DNA of 63,999 bases, filler included, from Octopus bimaculoides (lineage: Eukaryota): assembly GCF_001194135.2 (NCBI RefSeq). It is 6 parts of 4 records of this genome, joined end to end, with 100 filler letters (N's around TTAATTAATTAA, not from the genome) between each part and the next. Parts side by side here need not be neighbours in the genome. Positions count along the whole stretch, not along the records: positions 1 to 28,001 come from NC_068983.1; 5 more parts are not named here. One strand, 5' to 3'. Of the stretch, positions 1 through 13,259 are shown piece after piece. Below the pieces are notes generated by a model. The model was not told where the DNA came from. It saw only the letters and a program-made list of their open reading frames with translations, and did no database searches. Position 1 is the first letter of the stretch. Each line of letters starts with the position of its first letter. Position numbers and translations under genes: made by a program.

Positions 1-1980
1 GACGGTGGTGGCGGGGGCGGCGGCGGCGGGGGGCGGCGGCGGCGGCGGCGGCGGTGGCACTGGTGGTAGTAGCATTATTGTATTGGTGACGGTGTTGTTA
101 GTGTAGGTGGTGGCAATGGTATTGGTGGCAGTATTGTCATACTTGATGGTGGTTTGGTATTTGTGGAGGTGAAGTTATTGGTGGTAATGCGTCTATCGAT
201 AATGATGGTGTTCGTATTGGTAGTGACGAATTTATTAGTGATGGATAAGTTAATTCTTCTGGTGATGGATAAGTTAATTCTTCTGGTGATGGATAAGTTA
301 ATTCTTCTGGTGGTGATGTTGGTATTGAAGATTGTGATTTAATAGTACTATTGATGGTGGAGGTGACAATATTGGTGATGGTAGTTAATGTAATACCAAC
401 AACACCACAAGTAATACCGACACCAGAACTATCAACAGCATTATTATCACCAATAACAAAATCCACATCACCAGTACCATTACCACTAAAACCAATACTT
501 TTACTACCAAAACTGCCATCACTACTACAAATATCATCACCAACATCACCAATAACAATATCACCGGCACCAATAAAATCGTTATCACCAATATCATCAA
601 CCATAATCAATATCAACATAACCATCACCAGTACCATCACTACCAACGCATTCAATATGGCTAATAACAATATCATTAACACCATTGCCAGTACTAACAT
701 CGTCATCAACAATGCCAATATCAACATCATCATCACCAATAACAAAACCACCAACGACTCCAATGCCCCAATGCCACCATTACCAACACTATTATCACCA
801 ACACCAGTACCTTCATTACCGGTACAATACATTAACTACTATTACCACTAGTATGCAAGTATGGTTGTCGTGTTGGCATTAGATAACCATACTGGTGGTG
901 GTGGTGGTGGTGGTGGTGGTGGTGGTGGTGGGTGTGGTGGGNNNNNNNNNNNNNNNNNNNNNNNNNNNNNNNNNNNNNNNNNNNNNNNNNNNNNNNNNNN
1001 NNNNNNNNNNNNNNNNNNNNNNNNNNNNNNNNNNNNNNNNNNNNNNNNNNNNNNNNNNNNNNNNNNNNNNNNGGTGGTGGTGGTGGTGGTGGCGGTGGTG
1101 GTGGTAGTTATAGTGATGTTATTTGTAATAGGAGTAATGGGGTTAATTGTAGTAATGTTGGTGATGGTGGTTAAAGTTCTTAATCGTATGAATGGCAGTG
1201 ATAGTGATTTCATTTGCAACATCGGTGTTTGTGTAGGTAATATGATGCTGATATTAATGATGTTTGTGATAGTATTGATGATCGGGCTGGTGTTGTCGTT
1301 GTGGTGGTGATGGTATTGGTATAGATAATGATATTGGTGGCGGTAAAGGTGGCATTTGAGGCATTAGTGGTGGCGATAGTGGTGATGGTAGACATGTAAC
1401 TTCTGGCAGTAGTACTGGTATTTGTGACTGTGCTGTTAATGTTGGTATTGGTTATAACGGTCATGATTATGGTGATGATGCTGTTAGTACTGATTACGGA
1501 TGTGTTTTTCGTGATAAATTGTATGATTGTATTACTTATGTTAGTGTTGATGTTAGTGTTGATAGTATTGGTGATGGTACTAATAGTATTGGAGATAGTG
1601 ATGATATTGGTAATGGTAATCATAGTACCACTGAGTATAGTGCTAATATTAGTGATGGCGGTGGGGATATTGGTGACGGGCGTTATTAATAATGATGACA
1701 TCGGAGACAGTGACGCTGATGTTGATGGGGCTGCTAGTACCGATGATAGTAACATTATTGGTTGTAGTGATTTTATTAGTGATGGTCATCATAGCATTGG
1801 TGATGGTGGTGCCACTTGATGCGCTGAGAAGCGTAGCAGGAACTAAAGCTAAAACAGAAGTGCTATTACTGGTATCGGTGATGGTAGTAAGAATATTGTT
1901 GATGAAAGTAATGGTTTTGGTGATTGTGTTGGTTGCTGTTGGTGTTAACAGTTGCTCTAATGTTATCCTAATTTTGAAAT
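1..1980. repeat. Degenerate GGT/GAT/GTT trinucleotide low-complexity tract, with an internal 3 x 24-bp minisatellite (238-309) and a strand-flipped CA-rich block (~390-850)
   Basis: Direct reading. The unit GTGATGGATAAGTTAATTCTTCTG occurs three times. The V/M/L/I/T-rich ORFs in the track are translations of this repeat. Confidence 0.9.
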
Positions 1981-4900
1981 GATCAGAAAGCCCAACCTGG
2001 ATATATAAATTATTAAATTGTGCTGTTAATCAAAAGGTCGGATATTTGAATCCTATGATTTATGCTGCTTAGTGTGTGTATTACTAATACGCTTAACTCC
2101 TGCAAGCTTCGTAGCTACTGTGGTGCAGTCAACGATGTAAATTGCAGGAATACTATATAATTAAAGAATGCTTCATCAAATTGTTGAATTGATTTCGATT
2201 ATACACGTAAATTTTGTATAATGAGTAGTGATCGCTTAATAAAGGACAGCGTATCAAGTACGAAGATCTGTCGGTTTACACACTATCACTGCTAATGTGT
2301 AATATCTGCAAACAGGACACATAATTCTTAAGTTCTAATTAGAATTGTTGACTAATATTGTAAAGTGCAGGAAGTGGCAGTTGCATAATAATATTTACGA
2401 GCGTCTAATGGGCACATATTACTGAGGTTAAGGTCATCTCTTGTTGTTAGAAAGTTCCATCTTAAGGAGAAACGGAGAGAGACGTCGATTAAGCAAAGCA
2501 CCCTTCATAAAATATGCCTTCTAGCAGGAACCAATGACATATGGTTGTATGTGCAGTGATGTTTTTGGAAGATAGAAAACCGTATAAGATGGAATGAAAA
2601 TATTTATGGATGGATGGATGGTGAATAAATATATGTATAAGTATGTGTGTGTGAGTAAATACCTTCCAATCCCTGATAGGTTTTAAACAGTTGGTGCAAG
2701 GTACTCAGCCTCACAGGCAACGCTATTTAATACTAGTAACCCTCGTGCTACAGGTATAATGCAACACAACAACAACTTGTCTCATGATCGGGTGGTTAGA
2801 AACTGAACTTCCACCGCCACCTAGTTTACTAGATGAGAAGTTTATGATCTAAAATATCTCAAAAGATGAAAAAGCCTATCGCGAAGTAAGTAACAGTCAA
2901 TCATATTTGGAAAGATAGCCACAACCAGGTTATTTGTATACTGAAACACACATTGCTGTATTCCTACAAGTCATCTTAAGTTATGGTTTTTAGTTGGATT
3001 GGGTGAATATTTCGGGTGCTTTAATGCGCCTAGTCGGGGCTTCTCTCTGTTTGAGAATGAAAATGTATATGAAGAGTGATTTGTTGGATCAACGTCCGTC
3101 TCTTTTTCTCTTAAAAATAGGCATTTTCCAGCATCAACAGTTGGTCTCAACTTCAGCAATATGAGTTCATTCAGTATATACATTTACTTGCATAAGTCGA
3201 CATAGTGTTTAGTGCCAACTCGCGCACCTTGGGTTCTTATTATTCTCAACTTCTTTCTGAAAAAGCTCCAACTTCTGCTCCAATTTCAGTCTGAAAAATC
3301 GTCATCTGTATTTTATGTATAATTCCTTCTATTCACAAGTCAGTTATCTCTTAATTGGATAGCACCAGCAAAGACTTCAAGTTATTCTGGCTTAAATTTG
3401 ACTTCCACAATTCTTTGTGTTCGCATGCTGTCTCTACCACTCGCCAAAGTTCTTCAATTGCCAGTTGTTTGACTATCCCACGAACCACACTTAATATAAT
3501 TATCTTAAATCTTCTCTATTGAAGTCATCGTTTTCGGTTATTCTATGCACACAACCTTCTTGGCTTTTGTACTCCTACAACGAAATTGTTGACATAGAAT
3601 GGTCGTTTTGTTTGCTATTGTAAATTCTCTGCATCATTCAGTATCCTCATATACTTGATCGACAACTAACTTTCCAAAAGCTTTTATACCTATTGCTCAC
3701 TTTCAGCTCCAATTGTCATAGTTTCTGTTCTCGATAGATCGTCTGACCTCCTGCCTAATAAAGATACACATCACACATCTAACTTCTAAACAACCTTTAG
3801 AAAAAATGTTAATACTTCAAACCCTGCGTGTTCTACGCTCACTGTGCATAGCTTCAAGTAACCCATTTGAAACTGATGTATTTGCACACTGCATTTCTCA
3901 CACAATAACCTAGAATCATAAGTTATTGCTCCAAGTAATTCACTTGCTGCAAAGTAAATCAGGAAAGCAAAAGATCTCTTCGTGTAATCACATATCTCGA
4001 AAAGTTTCTCACTTCCCAAATTGCAACACAGCTTTCTGATCTATTTCCAAAATATCTATATGAAATTTTCAGAATCCTCCAATCTTCAGTTCAAACTGAG
4101 CATCAACCGCGTTGGTGCCTACAATCTAGGGAACCATACAAATGCAATGAGTGCTGCCGCTCCTCTTTGGCTACTTTATCTTATTTTTAAATTTACTGCT
4201 AAAAACATTCCTAAAATTCTAGACAGGTAAGTGGATTGGGATGATCTAGCAAAAATATTGGAGGTTTCAGAAAATAAACGAAACACATGCTGTATCTAAC
4301 TTCTCGCCCTCTACGTTGGAAGTCCAACTCTTTTACTTCAACGCTACTTCTAGCCAATATAAAAAATATTAACTTTTTAACAAACTATAGATTTGTCATG
4401 CATTCTCTCTATTATTCTCGTTCTTTTTAACAGGCAAATTAAAAAGCATTAAAATTAAGAAGGACTTGGTTGTGGGCCCCTAAAAATATCCTCTATATGA
4501 CATGTTTCCTTGTCCTGGTAAAAGTCCTTTACACTTAAACGTTTACCATTATAGGCAGCATATGTAACATTTAATATTAACAGTAAAAATAACATGGGCA
4601 AATCAGGCTCTATAAATATAGACTATAAACTGTCTCTGAAAATAATTGCGGTTACTATAGTCTCTGGCATATCTGATAGCATATACAATAAATTTGAGGT
4701 AAACCACGCCTTTATATAATTGATGAGAGACAAAATTCAAGACTATTCGTTAGCAGTCATCGTCAAACTGTTGCTTTATATATTTGAGGTAAAGATGCTT
4801 TCATTTGTTTAAGCATTGCTTATGTTGTTGTTGCTGTTATTATTGTTGTTGTTGCTGCTACTGTTGCTGTTACTGTTGTTGTTGTTCTTGTTGCGCTAAC

Positions 4901-6370
4901 GCGTAGATGAATATACAATTCTAGTATCTCTCAGTATGTTTATGTGTATATGTTTATACGTATGTTTGAGCACGTTTGTGTATTTGTGAGTGTAAAAGTG
5001 TTCATATGTGATCGTGAATGTGTACGTCAAAAAGGAAGCATTCAGTGCAGAATGGAGACTGTTTAAAAATAACGCTACAACATCTACAGATGCAGTCTGA
5101 CGATTCATAAACTAGCATAATAAAGGAAAGATTATGAAAGGAAAGAGTGAGATTTCAAGGAAAAGTGGTAAGAGGATGTTTGTCGCCCGTGTGATTGTGT
5201 CTGCATGCATATTGAAAGTCAAAGATATATATAGATATATATCTTTGCTAAATACAAAACTACGTGGAAGCCCGTCGTATATATTATATGCTGCATATAA
5301 ATATGTGTGTGCGTATTCATGTATATATGTATATACAAACATACATATATACTACTTACACATACGTTGTAAATATATATATATATATATANNNNNNNNN
5401 NNNNNNNNNNNNNNNNNNNNNNNNNNNNNNNNNNNNNNNNNNNNNNNNNNNNNNNNNNNNNNNNNNNNNNNNNNNNNNNNNNNNNNNNNNNNNNNNNNNN
5501 NNNNNNNNNNNNNNNNNNNNNNNNNNNNNNNNNNNNNNNNNNNNNNNNNNNNNNNNNNNNNNNNNNNNNNNNNNNNNNNNNNNNNNNNNNNNNNNNNNNN
5601 NNNNNNNNNNNNNNNNNNNNNNNNNNNNNNNNNNNNNNNNNNNNNNNNNNNNNNNNNNNNNNNNNNNNNNNNNNNNNNNNNNNNNNNNNNNNNNNNNNNN
5701 NNNNNNNNNNNNNNNNNNNNNNNNNNNNNNNNNNNNNNNNNNNNNNNNNNNNNNNNNNNNNNNNNNNNNNNNNNNNNNNNNNNNNNNNNNNNNNNNNNNN
5801 NNNNNNNNNNNNNNNNNNNNNNNNNNNNNNNNNNNNNNNNNNNNNNNNNNNNNNNNNNNNNNNNNNNNNNNNNNNNNNNNNNNNNNNNNNNNNNNNNNNN
5901 NNNNNNNNNNNNNNNNNNNNNNNNNNNNNNNNNNNNNNNNNNNNNNNNNNNNNNNNNNNNNNNNNNNNNNNNNNNNNNNNNNNNNNNNNNNNNNNNNNNN
6001 NNNNNNNNNNNNNNNNNNNNNNNNNNNNNNNNNNNNNNNNNNNNNNNNNNNNNNNNNNNNNNNNNNNNNNNNNNNNNNNNNNNNNNNNNNNNNNNNNNNN
6101 NNNNNNNNNNNNNNNNNNNNNNNNNNNNNNNNNNNNNNNNNNNNNNNNNNNNNNNNNNNNNNNNNNNNNNNNNNNNNNNNNNNNNNNNNNNNNNNNNNNN
6201 NNNNNNNNNNNNNNNNNNNNNNNNNNNNNNNNNNNNNNNNNNNNNNNNNNNNNNNNNNNNNNNNNNNNNNNNNNNNNNNNNNNNNNNNNNNNNNNNNNNN
6301 NNNNNNNNNNNNNNNNNNNNNNNNNNNNNNNNNNNNNNNNNNNNNNNNNNNNNNNNNNNNNNNNNNNNNC

Positions 6371-7058
6371 TCCACTATTTAAGTATTACGTGTCAAAAGT
6401 GAAACAAAAACACTCATGTCAAATACTTTCACTTTAAAAATGAAACTATTCTACTAACTGAAACAATCACATTTCGATACTGTAATTACAGATACTTTCA
6501 GAGAGAGAGAGAAAGAGAGAAAGAGATAGAGAGAGATGTATATGTAACATGTATATGTACACGCTATTCCACTAACTGAAACAATCACATTTCGATACTG
6601 TAATGACAGATACTTTCAGAGAGAGAGAAAGAGAGAAAGAGAGAGAGAGATGTATATGTATACATATACATGTATATGTACACGTATATGCATAGATATA
6701 TATATATAGATATAGATCTATATGCATACATGTATATGTATACACATGTGTAGATGTATATATATATATAGATGTACATGTAATATGTACACATATATAC
6801 ATATNNNNNNNNNNGTTTTTTTATTATCACTGCGACACACATAGTCCCCAGTTGGTAACATTGATTTCAAGGCCTTCCTAGATGAGAGACTGGCATTCCA
6901 CTTAATGTCTATGTTCCATGCTGGCATGGATTGGATAGTTATTAATGTAGAAATATGGTATCGTAGCTACTAACAGTTGAGGGTTGCGTAGTCTAGACGG
7001 CGTTTTTAGATTTCATTATTCTCTTTAACCCGGGAAAAGCCGGGTATTTCTGCTAGTA
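6371..7058 (-). mobile_element. Non-autonomous Helentron/HINE (Lep1-like) element, partly lost in the gap, with an internal ~118-bp tandem duplication
   Basis: The minus strand begins TACTAGCAGAAATACCCGGCTTTTCCCGGG at ~7058. 6371-6510 is the reverse complement of the element body at 51360-51510. The block ACTAACTGAAACAATCACATTTCGATACTGTAA... is duplicated at ~6453 and ~6571. Confidence 0.55.
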
Positions 7059-7066
7059 TATATATA

Positions 7067-7525
7067 TATAATTGATGAGGAAAACGGAAAATGGATTTGA
7101 TACGAATCTTTATTCAATACAATGATCGTTTCGACCCATCCTGCAGCTGCTCCTTACGGGTATTGTGCATCTAGTTGTGTTGCACCGATCAGTGCAGTCT
7201 GCGTCACCTCAGATGTTTGGTATAAGAAGATAGCCTACTACATATACTGAGTTCCTGGGTGTACCCACCTACTCTGAGCGAGGAACTCAGTGTATATAGT
7301 AGGATATCTTTTTACACCGAACAGCTGAGGTGGCACAGACTGCAGTAATCTATGCAACATATCTTGATGCACAATACCCGTAAGGGATAGCTGTAGGATG
7401 GGTCGAAATGATCGTCGTGTTGAATAAAGATTCGTACCAAATCCAGTTTCTGTTTCCCACATCAATTATAAACTAGACGAACACTACAGAATTCCTGACG
7501 TAGACCCAGTGAAAATTATACTGTA
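7067..7525. mobile_element. Fold-back non-coding retroelement (Penelope pLTR/retrozyme-like); two inverted ~190-bp arms, each carrying a hammerhead-like motif
   Basis: 7067-~7256 is an approximate reverse complement of ~7281-7470 (roughly 80-85% by eye). The right arm continues to ~7525 with homology to 55500-55575. Confidence 0.75.
7320..7421 (+). ncRNA. Decayed type I hammerhead ribozyme motif (long helix II)
   Basis: aacag-CTGAGGT-ggc...gtc-GAAA-tGATCG-TC-gtgtt, followed by AATAAA at 7423. A9 is replaced by T. The mirror copy is on the - strand at 7116-7217. Confidence 0.5.
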
Positions 7526-7608
7526 ACTCTGGATGACATTAGGTAGCCCAAAGGGTGAATGTGTATTAATCAGCATACGAATAGACGTATACCCAAAACC
7601 CAAATAAT

Positions 7609-7689
<81 letters not shown>

Positions 7690-8458
7690 GCTAAGAAGCA
7701 TGTCATGCTAGGAAGCGGTGCACGGTACCAGGATCTTCGACTCAAGTCAAATACAACAAATTACTTCAAATTGTCGTTTGAGTACCACATACATGGATTC
7801 TGGACTGGCTATTTTGTACAGGTATCGAGTCGTATAAATTGTAGCAAACCAAATGGTGATATTTTGAAATCATTAAATACTTGTTTTAGGTTTGCGTAAT
7901 ATATAATAGAAAATGTATCCATTACGTAAGACCTTTCTCAGTTAAAACATTTCAAAATATGAAACAATTCTTGAAAATATTTAAGTTTATGGTTTAATTA
8001 CCAATGCGAAACCGATCGGCTCTAATGGATCTATAATACTGTGTACTGAGATTAATACTACATGTGCATATAAGAATACACATACATACATATGTGTGTG
8101 TGCGCGTCTATCTGTCTGTCTATCTGTGTGTATGAGTGCGTATAATTATGTGGTATTGTGCGTCCTTAAGGAAAGTACTTCGTTTCACGTAGTTCTAATT
8201 TACTGTACTGTGTTACAGACAAGTGCCGATGCAACCATTTTTCTTTCCTCTTATCCGAGATGTACTGCTGGTTCAAAGGTAGGAGAGCAAAAAAGTGCTT
8301 ATGTCTGCTGGCGATTACATAGGCATCTAAAAGAATTTGCGAGATCATTGTAGATTCTAGTGAGTCATACTTGCAAATGACTTTCTTTTTATTACATTTT
8401 AGACAACGCATGTATGTGTATAGATAGATAGATATATGGGGAGGTATGTGTATGTGTG

Positions 8459-8494
<36 letters not shown>

Positions 8495-8818
8495 AATTCA
8501 AATTACGATAAACGTAAACAAACAAACGAAGTTTGCTTTTAGAAGCGTTGAGATGTCTTAGAAAGTTAAAGAAGTGATTTTAAATTCTGAAACACAGGAT
8601 AATGCTAATAATATAGCTTGAACAGGATAAACTACGCCTATTTTGCAGAAAAAAGTGTCGACAGCCAGCTTACATACACACACACATACACACATATCTA
8701 TATGTGTAGATAGCTAGGTAGATGGATAGCTACACGTATTTATACATATGTATACATACGAAAATATTTATGTGTGTATGTGTGTGTATGCGTATGTGTG
8801 TGCATGCGTGTGTGTGTG

Positions 8819-8864
<46 letters not shown>

Positions 8865-9309
8865 AAGGACATATAGAAAGAAAGAAGTGTATACAATTGG
8901 TATGCAACTGGAAATCAGCGTTGAAGATGTAATAGATAATATGGAGAGGTGGTAAGGTGAGAGGAAAATGGACCCAGAAGTAAGTCAGTTGAACGCGAAT
9001 GGAGAGTAGGTAAAGTTGACTTCAACGGTGCGTTTGAGGCAGACTTGAGCTTGGAAGCGTATATACCTGGAATGAAGTGTTGGATGATATAGTGAGAGTG
9101 TGTCACAAATTCATTGTCTAGACTACAGAGACATCGGTGGCGGAGGATTTAAGAGCAAACGATGGAGTGTTTTGTATTGGTAGAGTTATAGCAGGTGATA
9201 CTGAGGTAGGAGAAGAAGTCGATGAGCTTATAAAAGAAAGAATAGGTGAGAATGAGGGAGGGATTATTGGTGCTAACGGGGATGTCCCGTATACACATAT
9301 GTACATCGT

Positions 9310-9675
9310 GGCACTCTGTCAATTACGATGATGAGGGTTCCAGTTGATCCGATCAACGGAACAGCCTGCTCGTGAAATTAGCGTGCAAGTGGCTGAGCAC
9401 TCCTTGACACGTGTACCCTTAACGTAGTTCTCGGGAAGATTCGGCGTGACACAGAGTATGACAAGGCTGGCCCTTCGAAATAAAGGTACAACAGAAACAG
9501 GAAAAAAGAGTGAGAGACAGTTGTGGTGAAAACGTACAGCAGGGTTCGCCATCCACCCCCCTGCCGGAGCCTCGTGGAGCTTTAAGTATTTTCGCTCAAT
9601 AAACACTCACAACGCCCGGTCTGGGGATCGAAACCGCGAATCCGCTGCCCTAACCACTGGGCCATTGCACCTCCA
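9310..9675 (-). mobile_element. tRNA-derived SINE, family A
   Basis: A-box/B-box-like head (GGCCCAGTGGTTAGGG...GGTTTCGATCCC). The body AAGGGCCAGCCTTGTCA...AAGGGTACACGTGTC...GAGTGCTCAGCCACTTGCACG is shared with 11203-11517, 29765-30075 and 43814-44272. Confidence 0.85.
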
Positions 9676-10249
9676 CATATGTACATACATTGCATGGACA
9701 CACACACACTTGCACACCCACACACTTGCACACCCACACTCTCACATAGTATACATACATTCACAAACATATACCCATATATCTATATATATTCATACGT
9801 TGCGCTCATACATGTATATGTATGCATATGTGCACTCGTGCTTTTATATATGCTTTCATGTATGTAAGTGTTATCTCTGTTTATTTGTGGGGAAATGTTT
9901 TTAAAGAAGTCACTTTCTGAAAGCAATTAAACGTTAGCTATGTACGACTTTACAATGTTTGGTAATTAAGTTTTCTTAACAGATAAGAAAGGACGGATAA
10001 AGGAAATGATTTTTTAAAATGATGTTGTAAGGTGGAGCGTAGGAAATCATGAGTAGACAAGTTTCCTGTGCGGCTGTCTTTTGACTAGCAAAGCATTTTC
10101 TTTTCATCTTACATTGCTCGACTGATTTAGAATTTGTTCGATTTGAAGTCATTACTAATTAAGATGAAGCCTAAATTCTTCGATTCATTGCTGTTATCGC
10201 TATCGGTTTCGGTTAGATAGACAGAAAGGACGAATGGACAGACAGAAGA

Positions 10250-10410
10250 CAGATAGATAGATAGAAGATAGATAGATAGAAGATAGATAGATAGAAGATA
10301 GATAGATAGAAGATAGATAAGTAGAAGATAGATAGATAGAAGATAGATAGGTAGAAGATAGATAGATAGAAGATAGATAGATAGATAGATAGATAGAAGA
10401 TAGATAGACA
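10250..10410. repeat. (GATA)n-derived 15-bp minisatellite (GATAGATAGATAGAA)n
   Basis: Direct reading. Confidence 0.9.
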
Positions 10411-10774
10411 GACAGAGTAAGAAGAGTTAAAAACTGAAAGGTAAGAAGAGAAGGAAATCTGCAATAATGAAGAAAGCTAAGATAATATTAATAAAAGTCG
10501 TATAGGAATGTAAAATAGAAAGAAAGAAGGAAAGAAAGAAAGAAAGAAAGAAAGAAAGACTTGGTGAGAATTAAATGAACTTAAAATTATTTTTCATTTT
10601 TCTTAAAATTTCCTTTCAAATGTGTACGAAGTTCAATTTGAAATAAAATAGCGTAATGGTTCTCGAATTACTTGTATCGATGATTATTCCCGTTGTTAGA
10701 TTAATGGAAATGTATTATAGTATATCACAGTATTCAACCAACATGTGTACCCTTTCTGTACTCTACTAACAAAA

Positions 10775-10871
<97 letters not shown>

Positions 10872-11202
10872 GTTAGCCTTTAAGATACAGGTACATTTAT
10901 CCGATGAGCTTCTACTTGCAATGCTTGTATCAACCGGAGCCAAGATAGAAGACATTTGCGCAGGGCGTCGCACTGTAGGTTCGAATGTGGAAGATCATGA
11001 TTGTGAAGTGAACTTTCCAAACATTCGACCATACCTATACCACAAATCAACACTAAGTCCTATGAGAGTGTTTTTTGTTAGTCTGAGACAAATTCTCTAA
11101 CTCATGTGTATGAATGCTGATATTCATCCCTCACTTTAAACCTAAATTAATAACAATAGTTCCACTGATTTTGATGCCCACTGCTCACTGGTACACCATG
11201 TG

Positions 11203-11517
11203 TGAAGGCGGGTGGCTTAGTTAGGGTATTCGGCTTACGATCGTAATCAGTTCGATACCCACCGACGCGTTGTGCCCTTGAGCAAGACACTTTATTTCAT
11301 GTTGCTCCATTTCTCTAAACTGGCAAAATTGAGTTGTACCTGTAATTCAAAGGGCCAGCCTTATCACATTGCGTAACGCTAAATTTCCCTGAGAACTACG
11401 TTAAGGACACGCGTGTTTGTGGAGTGCTCAGCCACTTGCACGTTAATTTCAAGAGCAAGCTGTTCTGTTGGTCGGATCAACTGGAAACCTCCTCGTTGTG
11501 ACCGACGGAGTGCCAGC
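11203..11517 (+). mobile_element. tRNA-derived SINE, family A
   Basis: Same body as 9310-9675, with head GTGGCTTAGTTAGGGTATTCGGC...AGTTCGATACCC. Confidence 0.85.
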
Positions 11518-12139
11518 TATGCCATGTATTGCATAGCTAATATCATAAAGAGAAATGGACAGAGACTATTGTTTGCTTTCGTTGTTGCTTGTTGCACGGT
11601 AGGTGGTGGTTATGGTTGTTGGTACAATGAGCCGTAGAAAAGCGCTTAAAGGAAATGTAAAACAAATAAATTCAAAGATGAAGTATCCGGTGGCATAACA
11701 AAGCTAATTGTAAATTTAACATTAATTACGTGATCCATTGTTTAGGTAGTGCCTAGTTGCTTTTTATTTTCGGTACACAGATGTTCTGGCTGCCATTTCA
11801 AGATTATGAGTGCGCATGATGTTGGTATGAGTGTTGGTGTTCGTCAGTGTATCGGTGGTGCTTGTTTTAGTGATGGTCATTGTGGTGGTACTACAATTTA
11901 TCAATGTACTGATGGTGGTATTGGTATCGGTGATGGTCAATGTGGTAGCGGTGCTAGTATTTGTTTTGGTCAGTGTGGAGGGTTAGTTGTAGAAGTGATG
12001 ATAGTGGTAAATGTGCTGGCGATGGTGCTGATGCTAAGGTTGGTGATGTTGTTGGTATTGATGGAGCTGATGCTGTCGGTGCTTATAGCAGTAGATGTGA
12101 TGAAGCTGAAGGATCGAATCTTAACTTTGCTTTTGTAAT

Positions 12140-12350
12140 TGTAAAAACCACTGGAGAGCTGATCTTTATGAGAAAAATTCATAGAGACGATCTTATATTG
12201 ACATGTCCATGTCCACAGGAGGATTCAACAACACAAGCTTATGAAATCCTTGTAGAAAATGCAATGTTACACCTTCCTGCTACATACCTCTGTGAGCTAC
12301 ATCACTTTCCATGAACCAGCGGATCTCTCTTTGTTTGCCTACAAATAGCA
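12140..12350 (+). mobile_element. Decayed hAT (Charlie/ZBED5-FAM200-like) transposase C-terminal relic
   Basis: The translation ENAMLHLPATYLCE resembles the hAT dimerisation motif (A...LLPF.TTYLCE.GFS). The reading is frameshifted. Confidence 0.4.
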
Positions 12351-13100
12351 AACAAATCTCTTTGAAATCATGCTTTATCGTTTAAAAACTACAGTTGATA
12401 AAATTGGCTTTTAACATTATTTGGTTATGTGACCCATTGCTTCGGTAGTGTGAATCATCATAAGTCTGATAAGCCAGTGACTAATTGGCGTAACACAATT
12501 TGAACCAACCACCTCTTGAATGAGTGTTTTGTGCACCATCGAACCAACTATCCATGATTAACGAAAGGCTTCTGATTAATACATTCTCCGTAATGTTTAA
12601 AAGTTCGTTTCGCAATCAGGTACTTCCGTATTCTATCTCACTACGTAGCATTTGGGGCAAGTGTTTTCTACTAAATCCACAGGTCGACCACACTCTGGTG
12701 CGGAAATGAATGCGTTTGTGTGTGTCGTTCATACACACATAATTTTTCTCGTCTGGCCGTAAAGCCTTTTCTGTTTGTTTTCCTGTCTTGTTTTTTGTCC
12801 GCCATGGCAAGATTTAATTTGTGTATACAAATTTAATTTGCGGTCCATGGGAAGAGCCGTTTTAACGATGCTTCCTGCCCAGCTCTTCGAAACGCCGGTG
12901 TTAAAACGGGGGTAGCTGATGAAGTAGAATGTTTTCTATGTGGCTTGTGTGTTTTCTCGTCTACGTTTTGTTTGCAATGTCCTGTACCCAGATATGCACC
13001 TATACATACAGGTGAATGTCGGTACGCACATACCTGTACGTATATATGCATATACTCATTTACTATTTGTTTATATAGATAGATAGATAGATAGATAGAT

Positions 13101-13144
<44 letters not shown>

Positions 13145-13259
13145 TCAAGGTGAATATGGTACTTAAGTTTAGGCACCAAAATTAAGTATGGTATTATTCA
13201 AACAATTCCAAAATAAGGTGATTAAAAATCAAAATAAGCAACAAGCATATTCAAAGTTA

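Noticed and set aside
137-1982. Long hydrophobic or Thr/Ile-rich ORFs resembling membrane or mucin proteins
   Set aside because: All frames on both strands stay open because of the degenerate trinucleotide repeat. There is no domain signature or splice evidence.
2960-4100. Possible very old mariner on the minus strand (LKHPKYSP resembles HPPYSP)
   Set aside because: Only one motif is recognisable, with no TIRs or DD34D residues.
5134-6402. Long ORFs spanning N runs (also ~23.9-24.6, 41.4-41.7, 52.6-53.4, 58.4-59.5 and 60.3-61.3 kb)
   Set aside because: They consist of X from gaps plus microsatellite translations (YIYI, HTHT, CVCV).
12886-12925. CGAAAC followed by CTGATGA (possible type II hammerhead)
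   Set aside because: No credible helix I hairpin or helix II pairing could be built.
12870-13030. Translation ALRNAGVKTGVADEVECFLCGL resembling a BIR domain
   Set aside because: It lacks the downstream W...D...H...C zinc ligands, has no supporting splice sites or start, and the context looks like a repeat.
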